A stretch of DNA of 64,000 nt, taken from contig CAVSPA010000004.1 in NCBI GenBank assembly GCA_963729715.1, forward strand, positions 32,001 through 96,000, written 5' to 3'. A model generated the notes under the pieces. The model did not search any database. It was not told the DNA's origin and worked only from the letters and a program-made list of their open reading frames with translations. Shown here piece after piece: positions 21,933-31,099 of this stretch. Positions within the stretch are counted from its first letter, which is position 1. Each line of letters starts with the position of its first letter. This DNA comes from an uncultured delta proteobacterium. Lineage in GTDB: Bacteria; Desulfobacterota; Syntrophia; Syntrophales; UBA2185. The position numbers and the translations under genes were made by a program.

Positions 21933-22577
21933 ATGTCCAAGCAAATATACTTCTTCTTGAATACTTTTTTAAATTAATAGTATGGCAAGACTGGGTGAAT
22001 GTCCATCGGGCAATACACTATTTGAATGTTCTAAATTCCTCAACTTAATAGCAATTAAAGGATTAACTGAAGATCTTGCCGGAATGTCCCATGAAGATGG
22101 AATTTACGAGAAGTATTCCAGCCGCTGCCGTAATCTTTCTGCTGGGACTTAATTTCGCACAAATGCTATCTCAATCCTTGATATTGTAAGCGGGAGGAAT
22201 GCATGTCCTGCTGTTATAACTTTCACATTTCACTAAACAATTTGCCTAATTGTGCCGCAAATAAGCTGCGTTTGCAAAAATTTGCTCAGAAAATGTTGTA
22301 TAGGTGCGAGAGGTGTGATATGTTCGTACCCAAGTAACATTACAGACGGCTGCATATGCATTTAGAATCTTGATTCCTGAATGCGTATATCCATTTGCAG
22401 ACGTAGGGTGGGCTGCAGGGTATGTCTCTGTTTAGGCCTCATTATCCCGGTTACTTAATTTTCCTGCCTGTTGAAGGAAGCGCTTTGGAGCACTTGCTTT
22501 TTTGTGGGGCCGTTCAATTCTATTCGTCTTCTTTTTTTTGACGGGCGTTTAGCGAAAACTAATTCACTGAACATTGC

Positions 22578-22823
22578 GTGTGTGGGGGCATGGATATGAT
22601 TATAGTGAAGGGGAAAACGCATTACACAATTGTTGATGCTGCTGACCGGTTGGGTGTCTCAGCCAAGACTATCAGAGATTATATTCAGAGGGGCATTATT
22701 CCGGAACCGCCGGAAATCAAATACGGCGTCCGGATACTGAAACATTTCCCCATTGATTACATTGATTTGGCTAAAGTTCATTTAGATAATTACCGAAACA
22801 CCAAGAACGAGAAAAGGCGTTAA
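22578..22823 (+). CDS. Small MerR/excisionase-type helix-turn-helix protein (start may be a downstream ATG)
   Basis: YTIVDAADRLGVSAKTIRDYIQRGIIP winged-HTH pattern with no effector domain. Confidence 0.75.
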   Translation: MCGGMDMIIVKGKTHYTIVDAADRLGVSAKTIRDYIQRGIIPEPPEIKYGVRILKHFPIDYIDLAKVHLDNYRNTKNEKRR

Positions 22824-22893
22824 GAGACACTCTTTCTGCCTCGTGACACGATTTGCAGCAGGATCGAATTAACCTAAAAAGAGGAGCCTTCCC

Positions 22894-24780
22894 TTGGCCC
22901 GTTTGAAAGAAATCAGTTCCACAGAACGACTTCTTGATATCATTCGCAACAAAAAAGATGATATAAGGACTGGACCTCTGGACACATCCAAGATTGATCC
23001 GCCCAAGAAACTATTCAGATTCTCCCGCCCAAGAATTGCTTCCGGTGAGAAGAAGGTGACTATCGGCATTGATATCGGCCATGAATACTTGAGAATGGTA
23101 AAGACTGCCAGATCAGCCGATAATCGCTGGGAATTGCTTGATTACAAGAGCGTGCCATTCGCTCATGTAACCACCCGGAAATCACCCGAATTCAGCGATT
23201 TCTTAAGATCTGAATTGGGTAAATTCTACGGCAATATCAGACATGCAAATCTGTGGGCTATCATGTCCGCAGCAAGGGTGAATGTGCGCCACATCGTTAT
23301 CCCCAAGGTGGCCAAGAAACAAATTGAAAATGCCGTTTATTGGACGATAAAAAAGGAGACGCCTTTTGACGATAAGGATACGGTCTTCGATTTTGAAATA
23401 CAGAGGGAAGTTACCGAACAGGGCATAGGCAAATGGCTAACAATGGTTTATACGGCGCCCCGGGAGGAAATTGACGAATTAAAGGGGCTGTTTTCACAGA
23501 TCGGGTTGCCGCTAACCGGCATATCGATCACGCCCTTTGCAATCCAGAACTTATTCAAGACGGAATGGATTCCTCCGGCTGTTGAAGGCACAGTGGCGAG
23601 TCTTTTTATCGGCAATGATTTTTCCCGTATCGATATATTTTCTAAAGGGAAGCTTATTATGACCCGTGGCATAAAAGCGGGCATAAACAGCATGGTCGAA
23701 TCATTGATGGAAAGGTTTGGCACGGAGCGTAAAGAAGCAGCGGGGAAGGATAGGAGCCTGCCGCCAATAAGCTTTGAACAGGCGAAAAAGGTGCTCTTCA
23801 GCCTGAGTCCTGACTCTGCCCCTTTAATCGAGAACGATATCGGCTTCGGGCTTGCAGATGAAGAAAAATTCGATACCATTCTGCCTGCCCTGGAGAGGGT
23901 AGTCAGACAGGTGGAGCGAACCTTTGAGCATTATACAGGCGGTCACAATTATGACATGGTCAGCAGAATCTACGTATCGAGCGCCATGAATATTTCACAG
24001 CCTGTCATAGAGTATGTAGGTAATCAATTGGGCATTAAGAGCGATATATTGAATCCCCTCAAGTTCAAGATATCCAACATAGGCAGAAGCATGGAGCAAA
24101 CCAGTGTCTCTGAAATACTTGCCCTGATTCCGGCTTTTGGGCTTGCACTGTCCGACAACGCTTACACACCAAACCTGATGTTTAGATTCAAGGACAAGGA
24201 ACGGGAAGCTAGTATCACACGCGCCAACCGAGTCATTTTTGCCGTATTCCTTGTTGTTCTGGTCGTATGTTCTGGCTTCTTGTTAATTGAAATTGAAAAG
24301 ACCCGTGAAAGAGAAACTGTAATAGCACAACTTGAAAAGCAGTTGTCGCAGTATAAACCCCGGGTCGACCAGAACCTGATATCGGGAATGCTCTCGAGCT
24401 CGGGCAGACAGCATCAGCTTGAGAGGACTTACGTAGACAGATATCTCGGCATGGCGGTTATCGGTGAATTGTCTTTGATGACCCCGCCAAATATCCGTCT
24501 TATTGACCTGAAGGTGCGAATGGGAGCCGCTCAGCCGGGCAAGATAACGGCGAAAGAGACTAAGAAAGAGGCCGCTCGTCCAAAAGAAGAAGCGAAGAAC
24601 GTCACGGTTGAAGGGGTTGTCTTTGGCGACCGCAAAGCGTTGGAGTCGTCGTTGGCCGGATATATAATGAAGTTGAAATCGTCACCTATGTTCAGTCAAA
24701 TCAGCGTACAAAAAAACAGCATAGAGCCGCTTAGAAATGATGATGTCCTTTATTTTGTTATTGAAATAAAACTGGCTTAG
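22894..24780 (+). CDS. Type IV pilus PilM-PilN fusion (MshI-like)
   Basis: Actin-like PilM start IGIDIG; PNL motif followed by a TM helix, coiled coil and PilN periplasmic domain. Confidence 0.85.
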   Translation: MARLKEISSTERLLDIIRNKKDDIRTGPLDTSKIDPPKKLFRFSRPRIASGEKKVTIGIDIGHEYLRMVKTARSADNRWELLDYKSVPFAHVTTRKSPEFSDFLRSELGKFYGNIRHANLWAIMSAARVNVRHIVIPKVAKKQIENAVYWTIKKETPFDDKDTVFDFEIQREVTEQGIGKWLTMVYTAPREEIDELKGLFSQIGLPLTGISITPFAIQNLFKTEWIPPAVEGTVASLFIGNDFSRIDIFSKGKLIMTRGIKAGINSMVESLMERFGTERKEAAGKDRSLPPISFEQAKKVLFSLSPDSAPLIENDIGFGLADEEKFDTILPALERVVRQVERTFEHYTGGHNYDMVSRIYVSSAMNISQPVIEYVGNQLGIKSDILNPLKFKISNIGRSMEQTSVSEILALIPAFGLALSDNAYTPNLMFRFKDKEREASITRANRVIFAVFLVVLVVCSGFLLIEIEKTRERETVIAQLEKQLSQYKPRVDQNLISGMLSSSGRQHQLERTYVDRYLGMAVIGELSLMTPPNIRLIDLKVRMGAAQPGKITAKETKKEAARPKEEAKNVTVEGVVFGDRKALESSLAGYIMKLKSSPMFSQISVQKNSIEPLRNDDVLYFVIEIKLA

Positions 24781-24789
24781 AATTGAGTT

Positions 24790-25323
24790 ATGGAAAAAAT
24801 ATACGCAATAATTCCGAAGCGGAGCATCGTCATCTTGATTGCATGCATATGCGGTGTGCTTCTTATCGTTCTCGCCGGAATCGTGCCTCAGCAGATGGCC
24901 GTAGCACGCTTAGATAATAAGATTGCAGGTATCCAATTTCAGATCGAAGAGCAAAAGAGGCTTTACCCTTATTATCAATTGCTGCACGCGGGGCCGCCAT
25001 CCGGCAGGTCGAAGGTCTTGCCATTCCCTGCAAGGAACCCCCTTTCACGGACGAAGATAGATACAGTGCCCTCGATTATCAGAGAGCAGGCCCAGAAGGC
25101 CCATATCGATATGGTCGCTGCTTCTCCGGATCTGAATGCTTTAGGGGGAGAGCAAAAGGTTCTTCTGGTTAATGCAACTCTCAAGGGTGACTTTTTGAAT
25201 TTTCGCAAATTTCTCATCGGTCTCGGGGGAGTGTCTTGTCTCGAGTCTATTGAAGAAATACGTATCCAGCAAAATGAAGACAGCATGGAATTCAGGATGA
25301 AAATCTGGCTGGCCATTGCGTAG
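24790..25323 (+). CDS. PilO/MshJ-like pilus alignment protein
   Basis: TM helix plus coiled coil; LKGDFLNFRKFL...IEEIRI PilO-type C-terminus; position in operon. Confidence 0.75.
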   Translation: MEKIYAIIPKRSIVILIACICGVLLIVLAGIVPQQMAVARLDNKIAGIQFQIEEQKRLYPYYQLLHAGPPSGRSKVLPFPARNPLSRTKIDTVPSIIREQAQKAHIDMVAASPDLNALGGEQKVLLVNATLKGDFLNFRKFLIGLGGVSCLESIEEIRIQQNEDSMEFRMKIWLAIA

Positions 25324-25402
25324 TACACCGGTTCATAAATATGGATTAGTCACGTGGGTCCTAAATTACGCAGGAGAATATTCGAAATGAACACATCATT
25401 CC

Positions 25403-25504
25403 TGTCATTTCGAAGGAGCAGCGCGACTGAGAAATCCTTGTCCCGAACGAAGAGAGGGATCTGTTCCAAAGAAAGAAAGATTTCTCACTACGTTCGAAAT
25501 GACA
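25403..25504. repeat. REP-like palindromic element (TGTCATTTCGAA...TTCGAAATGACA family), copy 1
   Basis: Terminal inverted repeats and an internal GAGAAATC/GATTTCTC stem; core TCCTTGTCCCGAACGAAGAG shared with 57900-58025. Confidence 0.85.
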
Positions 25505-25617
25505 CCAGAGGGCGAGGAATGGTATTTTTCACTATTATGACAGTCTATCGGTCGATATGACACCTTAACAATATTGTGATGTATTTTGGGAAAATGATTT
25601 GAGGATGAAGGATTGAA

Positions 25618-26127
25618 ATGCCGAAATTGACAAGACAACAAATCATCATACTTTCCATAATGACTCTCGTCATATTGTTTGCCGTATATGATTTCTTCAT
25701 TGCTCCACGCTCGAAATCGGAGGTGATAGATGTTGGGAAAAAGACTTCCGAATTGGAAGTATTCTTAAGCGATATTACTTCAAAATTGCCAAAGGGGTCA
25801 CTGCCAACTGCTGATGCCTATGTACTGAGTCGCGCCGAGACAGAATGGGTGCACGATCCATTTTATGAGAAGAAATCCTTCCGGGAATGGGAGAAGCGCA
25901 AAGAACGGGCCAGAGCCGCTGGTGGAATCTCACAAAAAGTCACTTTCAGCTATTCGGGCTATTTAAAAGTCGGCAATAAGAATTTGGCAATTATAAATGG
26001 TGTGGAGTACGAAGCCGGTAATCCGATGGAAATCGAAGGATACGTCTTGAAAAAGATTTATCCAGACAAGGTCGTAATTGTTAACAAAAAAAGTGGAGCA
26101 AAATTTGATGTTCCTTTGCAGGAATAA
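25618..26127 (+). CDS. PilP/MshK-like protein
   Basis: N-terminal TM, W-x-x-DPF motif, AIING...IEGY...IYPDKVVI HR-like domain; directly upstream of the secretin. Confidence 0.7.
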   Translation: MPKLTRQQIIILSIMTLVILFAVYDFFIAPRSKSEVIDVGKKTSELEVFLSDITSKLPKGSLPTADAYVLSRAETEWVHDPFYEKKSFREWEKRKERARAAGGISQKVTFSYSGYLKVGNKNLAIINGVEYEAGNPMEIEGYVLKKIYPDKVVIVNKKSGAKFDVPLQE

Positions 26128-26154
26128 TACAGGTAATGAGAGGGGGGATAGGCC

Positions 26155-27765
26155 TTGACTTGTTTTAAGTATAAGAAGAAACTTCGCTGCTTGACCGCTG
26201 TCCTTTTCCTCGGGATGCTTATTGTTGCCGGTTGTGCGGGCGACAATGTGATGACAAAGAAGGATCCTTTCTTCGATAAATGGCAAAAAATGGCTGACAC
26301 AGCAACGGGACACACGCCTGCGCCCAGGTCTCGTGAAACAATTCGAGAGTTGGTGAAAATGGAGCAGGAACGTCTGAAAGCGGAAAAGGAACTTGTTGGC
26401 GGAAGAGGTCTGCCTGACACGCCGATCAGCCTGAAGATCCGCCAGGCTGATGTAAAGGTCGTCCTTCGATCCTTGGCGCGAATTGTAGACCAGAACGTAT
26501 TGATCCGAGATGATATAAAGGCAGAAGTGAGTATTGATTTCAAAAATACTCCCTGGAACCAGGCATTCATCAGCATTCTTAAGAATCAGGGTCTGGCATA
26601 TGAGTGGGAAGGCAACATTATCAGGGTGATGACAATAGCGGACAAGGAACAGGATCTGAAGCGGAAAACCCAGAACAAAGATGAGTTGCTGGTGGAGCCG
26701 CTCATCACAGTGTTCATTCCGATTGACTATGCGGGCACGAAAGACTTAAGAGAAAATCTTAATGATTTGCTCACAAAAGATAAGGACGGCAAGCCGCGCG
26801 GATCAATAAGAGCGGATGAGCACAGTCATGGTCTTATTCTCAATGCGATACGCAATGATCTGGAAAAAATGATTCCCATTATAGAACAGATCGATAAACC
26901 TACGCATCAAATTTTAATCAAGGCCAACATTGTTGAAACCACGAAAAATACCGCGAGAAATCTCGGTATCCAGTGGGGTGGGTGGTATAATACAGGCAAT
27001 TTATATGTGACTCCGGGCGGGACAGGCCCCATTCCGGGTACTCCTGTCTATGGCTCCCCCGGCCTGAGCGGTTATGGTTTCGGCGTGAATTTTCCCGCGT
27101 CCTCAGCGGCGATGACTGCCGCCGGAGGCGCAGGTTCTTTAGGACTCATGTTCGGGACGGTTGGCGGCAATATCCTTGAAATGCAATTGCAAGCTCTTCA
27201 GCAGGACGGCAAATTGAATATCCTCTCCACCCCATCGATTACCACCATGGACAATCAGATGGCCTATACGCTGAACGGGGAGCGCGTGCCATATGTTACA
27301 CAGTCAGTGAGTCAGGGCGTTGTAACAAACACGGTCACCCTAGTGGACGTTTCTCTCCGTCTGGAGATTACACCCCATGTGATTGAGGGGCAAAATCTCA
27401 AGATGAAGGTTATCGTTATGAAAGATGAAGTGGATACATCACTGGTCGTTTTGGGGAACCCGGGCATCACACACAAGGAGACGAGCACCAATCTAATCGT
27501 CAAAGACGGGGAAACAATAGTAATCTCCGGATTGACCAAACAGACGAAGCAAGAGGGAGAAAGCGGACTCCCCGGGCTCAAAGATGTACCGGTTCTGGGA
27601 TGGCTTTTCAAATCAGCGAGCAAGAGCGATATCATGGAGGAAGTTCTCATTTTCATTACTCCCACGATACTGCCGATCCGGACGGCTGCTGCCGTTTCAG
27701 GGAAGCCCGTAAAAGGCGCTGAGGGATCTCCCGCGGAGCCATCTCCGGCCGTGCCTGCGCAATGA
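26155..27765 (+). CDS. pilQ: Type IV pilus secretin (PilQ/MshL-like), predicted lipoprotein
   Basis: Lipobox VAGC; QILIKANIVE, LGIQWG, LEITPHV, GETIVISGL, PGLKDVPVLGWLFK, LIFITP. Confidence 0.9.
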   Translation: MTCFKYKKKLRCLTAVLFLGMLIVAGCAGDNVMTKKDPFFDKWQKMADTATGHTPAPRSRETIRELVKMEQERLKAEKELVGGRGLPDTPISLKIRQADVKVVLRSLARIVDQNVLIRDDIKAEVSIDFKNTPWNQAFISILKNQGLAYEWEGNIIRVMTIADKEQDLKRKTQNKDELLVEPLITVFIPIDYAGTKDLRENLNDLLTKDKDGKPRGSIRADEHSHGLILNAIRNDLEKMIPIIEQIDKPTHQILIKANIVETTKNTARNLGIQWGGWYNTGNLYVTPGGTGPIPGTPVYGSPGLSGYGFGVNFPASSAAMTAAGGAGSLGLMFGTVGGNILEMQLQALQQDGKLNILSTPSITTMDNQMAYTLNGERVPYVTQSVSQGVVTNTVTLVDVSLRLEITPHVIEGQNLKMKVIVMKDEVDTSLVVLGNPGITHKETSTNLIVKDGETIVISGLTKQTKQEGESGLPGLKDVPVLGWLFKSASKSDIMEEVLIFITPTILPIRTAAAVSGKPVKGAEGSPAEPSPAVPAQ

Positions 27766-27772
27766 AACAGTT

Positions 27773-29329
27773 ATGGATTATTTCAAGATTCTAAACCTGA
27801 ATAAGGAGCCCTTTTCCAATTCTCCGGAACCGGAGTTTTTCTTTCAGTCGGTCAAACATCTGGGCTGCCTGCAAAAGTTAGAACTGACCGTGCGTCTCCG
27901 CCGGGGATTGAGTGTCGTAGTAGGGGAGGTGGGGACGGGGAAAACTACCCTGTGCCGCCAGCTAATCTTGAAATTTGCTGCATCTGAAGAAGATAGAAAG
28001 CAGATAGAAACGCATCTTATCCTGGATCCGTCGTTCACGAATCCCCTCGAATTATTGTCAACAGTTGCGGCGTCGTTTGGCGTGGCCAATTCCGGCAGCG
28101 GGATTAGCGAATGGCAACTCAAAGAAAATATCAAGAATTATCTTTTTGGCAAGGGTGTTGATGAGGGGAAGATTGTAGTTCTCATCATAGACGAGGGACA
28201 AAAGCTTCCTGACTTCTGTCTTGAATTACTGCGTGAGTTTCTCAACTACGAAACAAATGAATTTAAGTTGCTCCAAATAGTCATATTTGCCCAAAAGGAG
28301 TTTGAGCAGATTCTTAAGAAGCAGAAAAATTTTGACGATCGGGTCAACTTTTACTACCTTCTCAGGCCACTCAATTTCCTCGAGACTCAGGGCATGGTAA
28401 AATTCCGCATAGCGAAGGCGAGCGAGACAGAAAAGACTCCGTCGCTCTTCTCGTATCCGGGTTTATGGGCGTTGTATCTGGCCACGGGAGGCTATCCGAG
28501 AAAGATTGTCACACTCTGTCATCAGGTTATGCTTGCACTGATTATCCAGAATGGATCAAAGGCTGGCTGGTTTCTCGTTCGTTCCTGTAGTCGCCGGGTT
28601 TCCGATAAAAGGAAGGTTCTTAAATGGGTGACTGCAACTGTTGTTGTCGCCATTATTGTCATTGCAACGATGGCAGGATTTTACCCTGAGACAATATTTG
28701 GAATATGGCCAGACCGTGAAACGTCGGGGATAACAAGAACTGAAGTCATGACGTCAACGGGACAAGCCTCTCCCGGCCAGTCGGTTCAGACTGCATCGAC
28801 GCCTGTTGCAGAGGCGAAAGCGTTAAATGGGGCTGACATACAGTTATCCAATAAAACAATGCCGGAACTTCTGGGAAAGGTGGAATTGAAGAGCGGCAGA
28901 ACCATCTGGCGGCTACTCAATGACTTCTATGGCGATTTCGACAGGGAGCAACTGAGAAAAGTAGCCAGCGCCAATCCGCACATCAAGAACTTAAGCAGGG
29001 TAACCGCGGGTGAGATAATTGAATTGCCTGCCATTCCCTCCAAGTCTAATCCCCTCGCATCGGGGAAATGTTGGGTACGCATAGCGAGAAGCGAAAAAAT
29101 AGAAGAAATTTACGAATTGTACAAACATTATCAGCCCGCTTTACCGTCTTTGAACTTTCTTCCATACTGGAATAGCAGAGAAGGACTGGCGTTTGCTATT
29201 GTTTTGAAAGATGGTTTCTCGAACATCGAAGATGCCCTAAGTGCGGCCAGGAGGTTGCCGCAGCCACTTGCAGGAAATGCAGAAGTTTTCGCAAAAGTGA
29301 GCGATGATACGATCTTCTTTAAAAGATAG
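27773..29329 (+). CDS. ExeA/MshM-family AAA ATPase with TM and LysM/SPOR-like C-terminus
   Basis: EPFSNSP, GEVGTGKTT, LIIDEGQ, TGGYPRKI; TM helix; ANPHIKN...AGEIIELP LysM-like region. Confidence 0.85.
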   Translation: MDYFKILNLNKEPFSNSPEPEFFFQSVKHLGCLQKLELTVRLRRGLSVVVGEVGTGKTTLCRQLILKFAASEEDRKQIETHLILDPSFTNPLELLSTVAASFGVANSGSGISEWQLKENIKNYLFGKGVDEGKIVVLIIDEGQKLPDFCLELLREFLNYETNEFKLLQIVIFAQKEFEQILKKQKNFDDRVNFYYLLRPLNFLETQGMVKFRIAKASETEKTPSLFSYPGLWALYLATGGYPRKIVTLCHQVMLALIIQNGSKAGWFLVRSCSRRVSDKRKVLKWVTATVVVAIIVIATMAGFYPETIFGIWPDRETSGITRTEVMTSTGQASPGQSVQTASTPVAEAKALNGADIQLSNKTMPELLGKVELKSGRTIWRLLNDFYGDFDREQLRKVASANPHIKNLSRVTAGEIIELPAIPSKSNPLASGKCWVRIARSEKIEEIYELYKHYQPALPSLNFLPYWNSREGLAFAIVLKDGFSNIEDALSAARRLPQPLAGNAEVFAKVSDDTIFFKR

Positions 29330-29355
29330 ATAAAAGGGGACAGAGGTTAATCATA

Positions 29356-31059
29356 GTGACAGTTAAGAAGAAATTGGGTGAGATGCTCATTGAGGAACGA
29401 CTGCTCACAGAGGAGCAACTGACGAAGGCGCTTTCCGGGCAGGAGAAGGCAGGTCTAAAGCTGGGTCAGTATCTTTTCCGGCAGGGGATTGTTAGCGAGC
29501 AGCAGATAGCCGACGTTTTATGCAGGCAGTTGAGACTGAGGAAATATCATCCCGACACGTTTCCTTTCGACATTGAACTGGCGAATTTAGTTTCTTTAGA
29601 GGATGCCCAGAAGTTTCAGGTTGCGCCCTTAATGAGAAAAGGGCGTCTCCTGACCGTCGCGATGCTGGATCCTCTGGACATCAACGCACTGGACGTCTTG
29701 GAAATAGTCACAAATTGCGAAGTGGAAGCTGTTGTGTGCACGGAACGTGAACTGAACCAACTGATAAGCAGTATATATGGCACCCATTCGGGTCTGGGAG
29801 GCATCCTGGAGAGTATGGACATCGAGGCCCAGCCTGCTAAGGAAAAAGAGGAGGAAGAAGTTGCAGACGTTCAGGTGGCGTCGCTTCAGAATATGGCGGG
29901 AGAGGCGCCCATTGTCATACTCGTAAACTCCATCTTTGCTCAGGCGGTTCGTGAAGGAGCCAGCGATGTGCATGTCAGCCCGCAGAAGAACAGCATTCAA
30001 GTTCGGTTCCGTATAGATGGTAAGCTCCATGAGGTGCCCTCTCCGCCCAAAACGCTTTTTTGGCCCATTATTGCTAGGATAAAGATCCTCGCCAATATGG
30101 ACATTACGGTAACGAGAGTGCCTCAGGACGGGCGGTTTACTCTGAGGATGGAAAATAAGGAAATCAATGTCCGTGTATCTTCCATACCGACGATTCATGG
30201 TGAGAATGTCGTCCTGCGGCTCCTGGACACAAGCTCCGGCATTTATGCACTGGACCTCCTCGGAATGGTCAATGCAGACATAGAAAAGGTGAGGTCTATG
30301 ATAGAGAAACCTTATGGAATGATCTTAGCTACGGGACCCACCGGATGCGGAAAGAGCACCAGCCTTTATTCTATCTTGAATGAACTCAACAGGTCGGACA
30401 GCAATATCATGACTCTTGAAGATCCTGTTGAATACCGCATAGAAAACATCAGACAGATACAGTTGAACCGGAAAGCGGGAATGACTTTTGCCGGCGGTCT
30501 CAGATCCATACTTCGTCAGGACCCGGATATAATCATGGTGGGAGAAATTCGTGATGCGGAGACGGCCGCCATTGCCGTACAGGCGGCGCAGACGGGCCAC
30601 AGGGTTCTTAGCACCGTACACACCAATGACGCTGTGGGGGCTATAACAAGGTTTATCGATATGGGGATTGAACCTTTTCTTCTCTCTTCAACGCTACTCG
30701 TATGTATTGCTCAGCGTCTGGTGCGGACTGTCTGCCCCTATTGCAAGGAACCCTATAATCCGCCTGATAAGATACTTGCATCATGGGGCCTGGAAAATTG
30801 GGATTCCGCAAATTTTCAGCGAGGCAGAGGATGCAACCAGTGCTTCAACACCGGGTATAAGGGACGTACGGGTTTGTTTGAGGTGCTTATTAATGACGAG
30901 ATGATTCAGGATCTGATCATTAAGAAAAAATCGGCCCATGATATTGTACGCAAAGCTGTAGACTCGGGTAACCTCAAGACCCTGAAATATGATGCCGGCA
31001 ACAAGGTACTCAGGGGTATCACTACCCTCGAAGAAGCGAGTTCTGCGGTAATGATGTAA
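29356..31059 (+). CDS. pilB: Pilus extension ATPase PilB/MshE with MshEN domain
   Basis: GPTGCGKST, TLEDPVE, LRQDPDIIMVGEIRD, TGH..STVH, tetracysteine CPYC/CNQC; N-terminal tandem MshEN-like motifs. Confidence 0.92.
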   Translation: MTVKKKLGEMLIEERLLTEEQLTKALSGQEKAGLKLGQYLFRQGIVSEQQIADVLCRQLRLRKYHPDTFPFDIELANLVSLEDAQKFQVAPLMRKGRLLTVAMLDPLDINALDVLEIVTNCEVEAVVCTERELNQLISSIYGTHSGLGGILESMDIEAQPAKEKEEEEVADVQVASLQNMAGEAPIVILVNSIFAQAVREGASDVHVSPQKNSIQVRFRIDGKLHEVPSPPKTLFWPIIARIKILANMDITVTRVPQDGRFTLRMENKEINVRVSSIPTIHGENVVLRLLDTSSGIYALDLLGMVNADIEKVRSMIEKPYGMILATGPTGCGKSTSLYSILNELNRSDSNIMTLEDPVEYRIENIRQIQLNRKAGMTFAGGLRSILRQDPDIIMVGEIRDAETAAIAVQAAQTGHRVLSTVHTNDAVGAITRFIDMGIEPFLLSSTLLVCIAQRLVRTVCPYCKEPYNPPDKILASWGLENWDSANFQRGRGCNQCFNTGYKGRTGLFEVLINDEMIQDLIIKKKSAHDIVRKAVDSGNLKTLKYDAGNKVLRGITTLEEASSAVMM

Positions 31060-31099
31060 AGATAAGATCAGGCACTGAGCAACAGGTAAGCCACCAATT

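Noticed and set aside
21945..22577. c-di-GMP riboswitch upstream of the pilus operon
   Set aside because: I could not identify the GEMM consensus by eye. An Infernal/Rfam scan would be decisive.
25354..25641. Short ORFs between the pilO-like and pilP-like genes
   Set aside because: They are read-throughs of the palindromic repeat and have no protein motifs.
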